A DNA stretch of 63,134 nucleotides, filler included, from Octopus bimaculoides (Eukaryota): the NCBI RefSeq assembly GCF_001194135.2. It is 4 parts of 4 records of this genome, joined end to end, with 100 filler letters (N's around TTAATTAATTAA, not from the genome) between each part and the next. Parts side by side here need not be neighbours in the genome. Positions count along the whole stretch, not along the records: positions 30,924 to 57,462 come from NC_068998.1; positions 57,563 to 63,134 come from NC_068986.1; 2 more parts are not named here. One strand, given 5' to 3'. The notes under the pieces are model-generated. The model was not told where the DNA came from. It made no database searches and saw nothing but the letters and a program-made list of their open reading frames with translations. Below, piece by piece: positions 52,746-63,134 of this stretch. Within the stretch, counting starts at the first letter, position 1. Each line of letters opens with the position of its first letter. A program made the position numbers and the translations under genes.

Positions 52746-53168
52746 ACATACATATACGTATATGTATATATAGATAGTCTTACATATATGCGTGCGTGTA
52801 TGTACGTTTGTGTCTGTATGTACGCGCGTTTCGTGTGTATGTATATATGCATTAAAATGTGTTTGTCAATCAATCTATCTATACATATACGTATTTATGC
52901 ACACATACACACGCGCACACACAAGAACTGACTCTGTTTCTTTTGTGTCTCTTACTTTAAGTCTTTCCTCTTCTATCTCCACTCATCTGTCTCGCTATAA
53001 ACGTTCAACTGGTTTTTTTTCTCCATGTTTCTCTCCTCTCTTTATCTGCCTCCTTTCGTTACTTTCACCATCGCCTCTTTTCCTTCTCTCTTGCGCTTTC
53101 AATTAGCCTTTCTCTCTCCCTCTTACCTCATTTATTTCTCTTACACTGGCGGAATTAATTTCACGCAG

Positions 53169-53305
53169 TCTAAATTTCTGGTGTTACACCGTCTCTTAGT
53201 ATCTTTAACGGAATACCACGGTACACGCTTTTCTATACACAAAATATTCATTACAAATCAAGGAACTTTAAAAATGCCCGGGATAGAAAATAAAGAGAAA
53301 CGGAG
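53169..53305 (+). CDS. candidate exon of an unidentified host gene (possibly first coding exon MPGIENKEKR...)
   Basis: Pyrimidine-rich upstream region, CGCAG acceptor, open frame, aaaaATG at 53274 and consensus GAG|GTAAGT donor. No homology recognised and no partner exon found. Confidence 0.25.
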
Positions 53306-53429
53306 GTAAGTGTTCTCAGGCAACCATGTCTTTTGATTAATTTTGTTTTCTCGTTATTATTGTCATTACTTTAATTTATACTTTTTTTATATTTTTTATT
53401 TCATTGGCTAGCACTATTATTATTGTTGT

Positions 53430-53620
53430 GAAGAGTCGTTAGAGCGTCGCTCAAAATGCTTTGCGGTATTTCTTCCGACTTTCTACATTCTGAGTTCAAA
53501 CACCTATCGAGGTAAACTTTGCCTTTCCACCCGACGAGGTCGATAAAATAAAGTACCAGTTAAGTACTGGGGTCGATGTTATCGACTAAGCCCCTCCCAT
53601 CAAAATTGCTGGCCTTGTTA
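53430..53620 (+). mobile_element. SINE family B
   Basis: ttctgagttcaaa...actttgcctttcc...gaggtcgataaaataaagtaccagttaagtactggggtcgatg. Confidence 0.75.
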
Positions 53621-54133
53621 TCATTCCATTTTCGGGTATCATTTCTTACTTTCTTGGGGGAAGGGGATTCATAACACGCGCTACTGGTGTTGCTTCTACT
53701 ACTACTACTACTACTACTACTGCAACAAGCAACAACATCATCATCAACAACAACAACAATTATAATAATAGCTTCAAATTTCGGCACAAGGCCAGAACAA
53801 TTATAATGGCAATGCTAATGCTTGCGATAAGAACAGTTGCTATAGTGGTTGTGGACGTAATAGCAGTAGTAACAGCAGAAGCAGCAGTAGTAATATAGTG
53901 GAAATACTCATCGAAGAGGGAAGAATACGTAAGACGATATATGAAAGAAAAGAGAATTCGTCGAGAGTGAAAGGAACTGAAATACAGAAAATGAAAATAA
54001 AAAAGGAGAGCCTGAAATTTTGGATGAGATGTGGAATAGAACAGAGATAAAGCAACCTAAAGTCGCAAGAAGCTCAGAGAACGAGCATAAAATTGAAAGG
54101 AGAGAGAGAGAGAGAGAGAGAGAGTGAGAGGGA

Positions 54134-54164
<31 letters not shown>

Positions 54165-55081
54165 GCATGAATGTATACACACAGAAGCATACATATACAT
54201 GTATGAAGACATAGGAACAGGGAGTGAGAGAGCGAGAAAGAAAGAGGGTGGAGAAGAAGCAGAATGGAACGAAATTTGGCTTACAGGACGTTGCAAGTGT
54301 CTTTGAAGAATATGTGTTTTCTAAATTTCTGTCTTTGTGAGACGAACACTAGATGTTGCTAGTCTTGTTTTTTCTTCAATTATAAACATGTCTATAAACA
54401 CATCTACCGCTCATATATCAGCTTATTTATTTCACGCCCATCTTTATGTTTGTTTTTGAATTCTTTAAAAACTTTGTCTGCCCTTTCTGTGTATCTCCTA
54501 TTTTTTTCTTTTCTGTATAAGTTGCACAGGTAATGAATGTTATAACACGATACAAAGGTAAATAAAAATAATAATGCCAAAATGAATTGTGAAATTAACT
54601 CTGAAAGCGAAAGTAAAGAAATTATTGCACTGATTGGCCATGCTTTACAGGCCGGCAAAGCTGTTTACACGGTATCGTAGCAGAATGACAGATGGATTCA
54701 GCTGATCGAATGAACAACTATCGGACGGATTCTAAACAATGTAAATAAAAGAAACGTAAAGAAAAGAGTCGAAATGAAATAGTGAAAGACATAAATACTG
54801 AGTAAGAGGAATACATAAAAAAACAAAAAAAAAAACAAACAAAACAGAAAAAGCGTTTCGTAATAGTAGCAACATTGATGTTGTGGATGGGAACCGGTGC
54901 ATCGGTGAGATGTTAGTCTTGCAGGGATTTTGGACACAGCTATGAATGCGATATTGTAGCAGTAGCTGTAATTCTGAATCATATGCTCATACACGTACAC
55001 ACGCTCACACACACTTGCGCGTGTGCGCGCATATATATGTGTGTGTGTGTGATATATATGCTAAATATTATAGGAAAACAC

Positions 55082-55119
<38 letters not shown>

Positions 55120-55140
55120 GTCTGTCTATCTATCTATCTA

Positions 55141-55181
<41 letters not shown>

Positions 55182-55440
55182 AAATTCACACTCATACACA
55201 TATGCACATACACACTATTTATGTGCGTGTATGCATATGTATGCTTACATGCATACACCCACATATCCACAATTGTACGGAGAAAACGTCAATACATCTC
55301 TATATTACTGTTTTCCGTTTCTCTTCAGTCTACATAAAATAGTAACATTACTACACCTACGATTGCTGATTGTTACGGTTGTAGTTGTCGTCGACATTGT
55401 TGTTGTTGTTGTTAAGCCCTTGTGGCCAATAAAACGAATT

Positions 55441-55441
55441 A

Positions 55442-55483
<42 letters not shown>

Positions 55484-55571
55484 GTTGTTGTTGTTGCTGT
55501 TATTGTTGTTGTTATTATTATTATTATCATTATTATTATTGTTGTTGTTGTTGTTGTTGCTGTTATTGTTG

Positions 55572-55609
<38 letters not shown>

Positions 55610-55645
55610 GTTGTTGTTGTTGTTGTTGTTATTATTATTATTATT
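55441..55645. repeat. compound (TAT)n/(TGT)n microsatellite
   Basis: Seen directly. Confidence 0.95.
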
Positions 55646-55677
55646 GGGCCAAATTTTGCAACTGTTGTTGTTATTAA

Positions 55678-55895
55678 CGCGGCGAGCAGGCAGAATCGTT
55701 TGCACGCCGGGCAGAATGCTTAGCGATATTTCGTCTATCTTTGTGTTCTGAGTCCCAAATCCGCCGAAGTCGAGTTTACCTTTCATCCTTTTGGGGTCGA
55801 TAAATTAAGTACCAGTCAAGTACTGAGGTTGATGTAATCAACTATCCACCACGCAAAGAATTTCAGGCCTTCTGCCTATTATAGAAAGGACTACT
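55678..55895 (+). mobile_element. SINE family B, full length
   Basis: gcggcgagcaggcagaatcg...cctttcatccttttggggtcgataaattaagtaccag...ggccttctgcctattatagaaagga. Confidence 0.8.
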
Positions 55896-56319
55896 ACTGA
55901 CTTTTCTAAACTTTATTTCCAGAATCTCTTTTTTTACATGGAAAACAAAAGACATTAAGATCTTTAAACTTTATGATTTATGTATGTATTTCTACATGTG
56001 TGCATTATTTATATTATCATATTTGTTTCTGCCATCGGAATGCGGGCATGATGGGACAATGCCTTCAAGAGTTTTGAGCGATTTGAGCATGGGAGTTATG
56101 TGATTAATCATTTATTGTGGCACGACTGTCACGAGAGAGGAAGGGGATACAACATATAGACAACATTGGTTCTTCGACAGTGGTAAACGTATAAACACGG
56201 ACACAGCATACAAGTGCATATTCATCTATCACTCATACAATCAATCTGTCTGTCTGTCTGTCTGTCGGTCTGTCAGTCTCTCTACCAATATGTATGTAGG
56301 CGCGCTCGCGCGTTATGCA

Positions 56320-56374
<55 letters not shown>

Positions 56375-57260
56375 TGTGTTTTGGCCAAGTTTCTGACTTG
56401 TGAATACCAATCATTAGGTATTGGTCAACTTGAGCCTGTTGTAGAGTAAACTTGAGCAAGATGTCATGAATGGGATCTAGTTCGTAACTACATGACGAAT
56501 CAAACTGGTCTAAGATCACAACCATGACTACCGGTAATGTGTGTGTGTGTGTGTGTGATGTTAGCACTGTGTATGTCTACACGGTTGAACTATGAAAAAT
56601 GCAGAACTCAATGCCTACGAAATGTAACTCAAATATTATTTGTAGTTCGGAGTAGTATTTCGTTACTTCAGGCTTCAAAATATTACCGTATCCATGAAGA
56701 ATCCGTTGTATAATCATCAAACGACAAAGTTGTATTAGAAATATTAACCTTTCACACTTTATGCAACTGGCTTTCGATTTGCACGGCCCTCGTTTTCCAT
56801 GGTTTACTTTTAGCACGGCCTAGATTTCGTTGATTTTTTTTACGATTATAAAAACTCATGTTTGTCGTTTCTATTAACGGTTTTTCGCTTCTCTTTCAAT
56901 TTATTTTTTTATTTTAGTTCTTCAGTTGTCAAGTAGAACATTCTTTATAAACTAACGCTTCAGTTAAAAATATTTTCTTTTATGTTTTAGTGCATATTCT
57001 CCCGTTTGAATGTCGAGAGTGAATTTCAAATATCAAGACAGTCAAATTCTCAGCAAATGAAAATAAATATAATAAACAACTTCAGAATAGAAAGGTTTCA
57101 GCAGAAATTGTAAAACAATTTAATATGATCAATTAAAAAGAGCTAAGAAGAATCTGAGTTAGTAAAATTACTTGATCTTCAATAATTTTAAGACATACAT
57201 TATGGAAGCAGTGAAAAATGGTCTGTTATTTTAAATAGATAAAGCCCAATATTATGGTAA

Positions 57261-57322
<62 letters not shown>

Positions 57323-57324
57323 CA

Positions 57325-57455
57325 CAGTCACATCGTTCCGGGTTCACTCCCACAGCGTGGTACCTTGGGCAAGTGTCTTCTACTATAGTCTCGTGTTGTC
57401 CAAAGCCTTGTGAGTGAATTTGGTAGACGGAAACTAAACGAAGCGCGTCGTGTAT
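57325..57455 (+). mobile_element. SINE family A, 5' half
   Basis: ccgggttcactcccacagcgtggtaccttgggcaagtgtcttctactatag...ggtagacggaaact. Confidence 0.75.
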
Positions 57456-57562
57456 ATATATANNNNNNNNNNNNNNNNNNNNNNNNNNNNNNNNNNNNNN
57501 NNNNNNTTAATTAATTAANNNNNNNNNNNNNNNNNNNNNNNNNNNNNNNNNNNNNNNNNNNN

Positions 57563-57608
<46 letters not shown>

Positions 57609-57984
57609 CGTGTGTATAAAGATGAATTAATTAGTATGCGTTCATTGATGGCAGATAGAAAAGTTTTTTTTTAAATATATAGCGATTAATAAAAAAATAT
57701 ATAATGTAGAATATATTATTTATGCAACGTGTCTCTTAAATGACACACACACATATACAGTATTTAGCCAACAAAAATACCAGGTAAAGTAGGTATGAAG
57801 TAGCTACCAATAAGCCTGACTGACTAACGCAGTTTGATTGTGTGCCTTCCTTGTCGTGCCTGATTCACAACAGCGACACCAAAGCTTACAATTACACCAA
57901 TCAGCTCTCAGCTCTCAAACCAGCCCAGCTGTTTGTGTTGTTGGGTAACACCTGTTGTTGTTGTTGTTGTTGTTGTTATTTAAA

Positions 57985-58170
57985 AGGCTGTGTGAGCTGG
58001 CAGACTCGTTAGCGTGCCGGAAAAAAAAAAGAAACGTGTTGCAGCATTTGGTCAGTGTTTATGTTCTGCGTTCAGATCCCGCTGTGGCATACTTTCGTGC
58101 TCGATGAAATAAGTACCAACTGAGTCCTGGGATCGATTTAGTTTTGCGCCTATAGTAGAAAGAAAGGATT
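57985..58170 (+). mobile_element. SINE family B, diverged
   Basis: gagctggcagactcgttagcgtgccgg...gaaataagtacc...cctatagtagaaag. Confidence 0.6.
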
Positions 58171-58560
58171 AATGTTTATTTCTAAAACCTATTATACTGT
58201 TTTTCCTATATATTTTGAGGCATTTTTGCCGCATTTTTTTATATATATATATATTTCAACTCTCTTTTGCCTTTCTATTTTTCTTTCTCTTTCTCTCTCT
58301 TTTATTCGGTAGCTTGCAAAGGACGACCGTGTCGCCTTACATATATATTTGTATGATATTTTGAACTTTCTTTTTCTTTAAAAAAATCATTATAACGAAC
58401 AGTTTCTTGGATTCGAAACCACAAAAGCCTTCGTGTTATTTCTTTCTCCTGTCTTTTATTTATTTATTATTATCATTTAAAAAAAAAATCTTTTGTTAAG
58501 TCGTCCTGTAACTAACCCAAAAGTCGCGCTGCAGTCAGTTGCTATCATCATCTTATATGC

Positions 58561-58630
58561 CAGTGGTCTCCAGCCTTTGGTCCGCGGACTCGTGGTGGTC
58601 CGCAAAGGTTAGACTTTGGTCCGTGACATA
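58561..58630 (+). mobile_element. terminal fragment of a hAT-like (Charlie/Buster-type) DNA transposon
   Basis: It starts CAGTGGTCTCCAGCCTTTGGTCCGCGGAC with repeated GGTCCG subterminal motifs, typical of hAT ends. The partner end is not seen. Confidence 0.45.
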
Positions 58631-58644
58631 TATTCAAAATTTCA

Positions 58645-58832
58645 TATATGTGTGTATGTGTATGTGTGTGTTTGCGTCCCCATAACTTGGCGGTTCGGCA
58701 AAAGAGAGCCGATAGAATAAGTACTAGGCTTACAAAGAATAAGTCCTGGGGTCGATTTGTTCGACAAAAGGTGATGCTCCAGCATGGCCGCAGTCAAATG
58801 ACTGAAACAAATAAAAGAGTAAAAGAGAATAT
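58645..58832 (+). mobile_element. SINE family A, 3' half
   Basis: ggttcggcaaaagagagccgatagaataagtactaggcttacaaagaataagtcctggggtcgat...gaaacaaataaaagagtaaaagag. Confidence 0.85.
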
Positions 58833-59213
58833 ATANNNNNNNNNNNNNNNNNNNNNNNNNNNNNNNNNNNNNNNNNNNNNNNNNNNNNNNNNNNNNNNNN
58901 NNNNNNNNNNNNNNNNNNNNNNNNNNNNNNNNNNNNNNNNNNNNNNNNNNNNNNNNNNNNNNNNNNNNNNNNNNNNNNNNNNNNNNNNNNNNNNNNNNNN
59001 NNNNNNNNNNNNNNNNNNNNNNNNNNNNNNNNNNNNNNNNNNNNNNNNNNNNNNNNNNNNNNNNNNNNNNNNNNNNNNNNNNNNNNNNNNNNNNNNNNNN
59101 NNNNNNNNNNNNNNNNNNNNNNNNNNNNNNNNNNNNNNNNNNNNNNNNNNNNNNNNNNNNNNNNNNNNNNNNNNNNNNNNNNNNNNNNNNNNNNNNNNNN
59201 NNNNNNNNNNNNN

Positions 59214-59897
59214 TTTTTCCCGCAAGAGTTCCGGACTCCAGTTATGAACTCATTTGCATACAGCCAATCAGAGCTCAACTATCAAACTAGAGTCCACTTA
59301 GTCACGAAAATACTCTGGTTGAGTTCAGTGGAAAATGTGCGTTATAGCAAAATCTAACTGTTCCAAACGGGTTAATAGGGGCGACAAATATGAAATTTAG
59401 TGTATAAAGTCAATGTATAAAGAAATTTAGTGTGTAAAGTCACAGACGATGCCATAAGTGTTGCCAATTTGCGTAATTTACTAGAAAATGTAAATGAGTG
59501 TAGTTTCTTAATTTTTTGACTGATTTTGTACATTCCTAATTTAAAATGTTGGTGTTGATCTGGAAACATCGTAATCATATAGCGTTGTGTCGTATTGCGC
59601 CCTGTTAGCATATATCAATGTGTACATGCAATACCACTAATGTCAGTCTGAGCATAGGTACCTAATGATAGCTCCATATAGAGATGGAGCTCAATTGATC
59701 TATGAGAATGGTGGAGTAGGGAGGAATGTGGTGTTCATGTGAGACCTGCTATGCTGTACTCACAGAGTGGCATACACTAGTCTATGCCTGACTGGCTGTA
59801 CTGTAGTAGTACACAGTTTGTGGATTTTCAAGTTGAGCTCTGATTGGCTGTATGCAAATGAGTACATTACTGGGGTCCGGAATTCTCGTGGAAAAAA
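59214..59897. mobile_element. MITE with >=67-bp inverted arms (left end in gap)
   Basis: 59214-59280 matches the reverse complement of 59831-59897, including the identical block ctcatttgcatacagccaatcagagctcaact. Confidence 0.75.
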
Positions 59898-60049
59898 CAT
59901 TTTGCAGCTCGGTTCATCCACTTCTGCCTTGTGGTAAGCGATCTTCACTAGTTGTTAACATTAGTTAATGTTGTCAGCGATTTAAGTGGCCTTTCATTTC
60001 TCAATGGCATTTCATTTTCTATTTTCCAGAGTTTCAATAAATAATTTTT

Positions 60050-60151
60050 ACAGTTCTATATTTAAGAGATGAGGAATTATGTATATTATTTACATTATTT
60101 ACATTTGACGGATATTTGTCCTCATCTCGTTTATTATTAGTATTATTATTA

Positions 60152-60220
<69 letters not shown>

Positions 60221-60888
60221 NNNNNNNNNNNNNNNNNNNNNNNNNNNNNNNNNNNNNNNNNNNNNNNNNNNNNNNNNNNNNNNNNNNNNNNNNNNNNNNN
60301 NNNNNNNNNNNNNNNNNNNNNNNNNNNNNNNNNNNNNNNNNNNNNNNNNNNNNNNNNNNNNNNNNNNNNNNNNNNNNNNNNNNNNNNNNNNNNNNNNNNN
60401 NNNNNNNNNNNNNNNNNNNNNNNNNNNNNNNNNNNNNNNNNNNNNNNNNNNNNNNNNNNNNNNNNNNNNNNNNNNNNNNNNNNNNNNNNNNNNNNNNNNN
60501 NNNNNNNNNNNNNNNNNNNNNNNNNNNNNNNNNNNNNNNNNNNNNNNNNNNNNNNNNNNNNNNNNNNNNNNNNNNNNNNNNNNNNNNNNNNNNNNNNNNN
60601 NNNNNNNNNNNNNNNNNNNNNNNNNNNNNNNNNNNNNNNNNNNNNNNNNNNNNNNNNNNNNNNNNNNNNNNNNNNNNNNNNNNNNNNNNNNNNNNNNNNN
60701 NNNNNNNNNNNNNNNNNNNNNNNNNNNNNNNNNNNNNNNNNNNNNNNNNNNNNNNNNNNNNNNNNNNNNNNNNNNNNNNNNNNNNNNNNNNNNNNNNNNN
60801 NNNNNNNNNNNNNNNNNNNNNNNNNNNNNNNNNNNNNNNNNNNNNNNNNNNNNNNNNNNNNNNNNNNNNNNNNNNNNNNNNNNNNNNN

Positions 60889-60928
<40 letters not shown>

Positions 60929-61112
60929 CATCGAAAAATACCTTCGGAATGAGAACCCAGGTTTGAAATTTCCCCAAGACACCTGATGAAGGCTGGAGGG
61001 TATACCAGCCGAAACGTTGTGTTAACAACAAATAAGATGAGGACAAATATCCGTCGAATGTAAATAATGTAAATAATTTAAATAATTCCTCATCTCTTAA
61101 ATATAGAACTGT
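60050..61112. mobile_element. non-coding inverted-arm element, probably PLE pseudo-LTR derived, carrying a hammerhead motif
   Basis: 60050-60130 (acagttctatatttaagagatgaggaatt...ggatatttgtcctcatct) is the reverse complement of ~61030-61112. The interior is (TAT)n - gap - (ATA)n. Confidence 0.7.
60978..61023 (+). ncRNA. minimal type I hammerhead ribozyme
   Basis: Stem I GACAC/GTGTT, core CTGATGA plus an extra A, stem II GGCTGG/CCAGCC, GAAA, palindromic stem III ACGT and predicted GUU cleavage triplet (61016-18). Confidence 0.65.
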
Positions 61113-61327
61113 GTGACCCTCTTTGTGCAAAGTACGGAAAATCAATTACGGTTGCTGTATTGTTGTCACATGCGAAAAGACGATATCATAAGTACTGCAA
61201 TGCATAATAAAACATATTTGGAGCTCCTTAGCGAAAACTATGTCACGACGATGTTAAACGCTATGTCTTACTATACACTATGTATGAGAATAGAAGATGA
61301 AGGAACGGATGTATGTTGCGTACATTT

Positions 61328-62110
61328 CAGATCCGTTTGGAGTTTCGTCAGCAGCTAAGCAACTTATTTAGCAATCCACAAACACAATGATTATAAATTC
61401 ATATTAGATATCAATGGCTAGATATATTTACACATTTAACACTTTCTTGGAAGCTATTTCGAATCTTAAGCTACTTGAGCTGTTTTGGTTTCGCACATCA
61501 GAGCCGATATTCATTTGTTTATTTAAAAAACAATTCTGGACTGCCATAGATTTCTTGTTAATCACGAAAATCTTACACATATTAGGGAGAAATTTTAAAT
61601 AAATTTATAAGCCTTTAAAAACTGAAATGTTTTGGAAATTCAACCAATACGATGCGGTTATTTCGACACGCCGAATTTCGGAATTGACATGCATTCGCTT
61701 AAAAACATATTGAATTAGCGTGAGGGAACATTGTTAAACTAACGGGGAAAAACAAGAAATTGGAAAGTCGTCTTTAGCAGACGTGTGAAGAATTTGAGAA
61801 ATGTGTGGGGACACTTTGTAACTGGTAAACGATGCAGTGTTTCCAACAGAACGATATATATATTACCGAAGAATGATTTGGTATTATGTCGTATCTTCAA
61901 AAGCGAAACAAAATGGCAAAGGAAAAGGCAATTCCGACTTCCAGCGAATCGAAAATGGTCGCATTTGATTGGCTGAAATTTAAATAAAGAATTCAGTATT
62001 TAAACACTCAACTTTTGTTTCTTAGTTTCTCCAAAAATGATTATGGTCTTCGCAGTTAGAATAAAGAATTACATCCGTTAGAAATTACGAAAAACTAAAT
62101 ATCAAATCTG
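61328..62110. mobile_element. possible decayed MITE related to 5456-6228
   Basis: The left end cagatccgtttggagtttcgtcag resembles the 5456 TIR, and it shares the internal tgattggctgaaa motif. The right end is only loosely inverted. Confidence 0.3.
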
Positions 62111-62129
62111 GTATGTGAAACGGAAAAAA

Positions 62130-62530
62130 TCGATAGTTCCCCTGGCCAAATGCCTGGGAGAATTTCTCCCGGTTTTACGTTTCGAGTTCAAATGCTGCTG
62201 TGGTCGACTTCCATAATTTTAGAACTGATAAAATAAGTATCTTTGAAGTATTGAGAACTTGCCCACTCCTTCAAAATTCCAGTCTTTGTGTATATACTAG
62301 ACAGGATTATCAAGTATTTGCAAAGCAGGGAACTGGTTGAACCGTTAGCGCGTCGGACAGATTGTTCAGCCGCGTTTCTTTAGGCCCTTGATGTTTTGAG
62401 TTCAAATTCCACCGAGGTCGATTTTGCCTGCCATCATTTCGAAATAAGTACCATTTGAGCACTGGAGTCAATGTTTTCGTCTTCCAGCTTTCCTCAGAAT
62501 TGCTAGCTTTGTGCCAAAGTTTGAAACCAT
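62130..62530 (+). mobile_element. two tandem old SINE family B copies (~62130-62310 and ~62325-62530)
   Basis: Each has a gagttcaaat B-box, gtcga and aaataagta. The second ends gtgccaaagtttgaaaccatt like 1-48. Confidence 0.6.
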
Positions 62531-63134
62531 TTTTGCTATTGTTATTGTATTAGATGCTCTATAATTGTCTTATATTGTAACATTAACAGTGGAAATCGAA
62601 AGATTTTATACGTTCGAGCGAAGAGAAACAATAGAAATATAATTATATAAGATCACAGAGTCCTGTGTACCTGTGTTCTTCCCACTTATTATAAACAGTG
62701 GATGAAACGGCTTCGTTAGTTGACAACTACAAAATTGTAAAAGATGACTACGGTTCGATATTCACTCCTTAAAATTACGGATTTACAACAGTTTTCACGC
62801 TTCAGAAGTGACTATAATTAGTTATGTCATCAATAACAATTCACAGTCGCATGATAAAGGATAATTCAACGAAAGCCTTTGATAAATTCATTATCCGGTT
62901 TACTTTGGACTTATAAAACTAGATGCGAACAATAAATTGGATTTATTTCTATTAAGTTTAAGAGTCAGAGAAACCAGTTATTACGATATAATAGAGTGGT
63001 CTGAAATTACAAAACAAGACGATGAAGATAACATTAAATACTATTCGAGTGATGCTGTTACTACTAAATTTACAAGCTGAATAAATATTAACTGAATTAA
63101 TGAATAAAACTGTATTTTTTGAAGTAAGACCGTT

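Overview
AT-rich, gap-ridden eukaryotic draft-assembly sequence with no intact protein-coding gene, no true tRNA/rRNA gene and no CRISPR array. The SINE families and the very high di-/tri-/tetranucleotide microsatellite density fit a coleoid cephalopod, most likely Octopus; this is inferred from remembered repeat sequences, not from a database search. Nearly all listed ORFs are microsatellite or N-gap artefacts. The window is a transposon graveyard. It holds many copies of two tRNA-derived SINE families (called A and B here) and two minor families (C, D). Autonomous-type fossils are a Naiad/Chlamys-type Penelope-like element (RT + GIY-YIG) with a near-identical inverted copy of its 3' end, two R4/Dong-like RLE LINE copies, a ~2.2-kb Tx1-clade LINE, two RTE fragments (one with tandem C2H2 fingers) and two Tc1/mariner fossils. 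There are also several MITE/foldback elements with long inverted arms. The most notable signal is an apparently intact minimal type I hammerhead ribozyme (60978-61023) inside a non-coding inverted-arm element, with a decayed motif of the same architecture at 39129-39163. Two weak candidate host exons are noted. All alignments and translations were done by eye.
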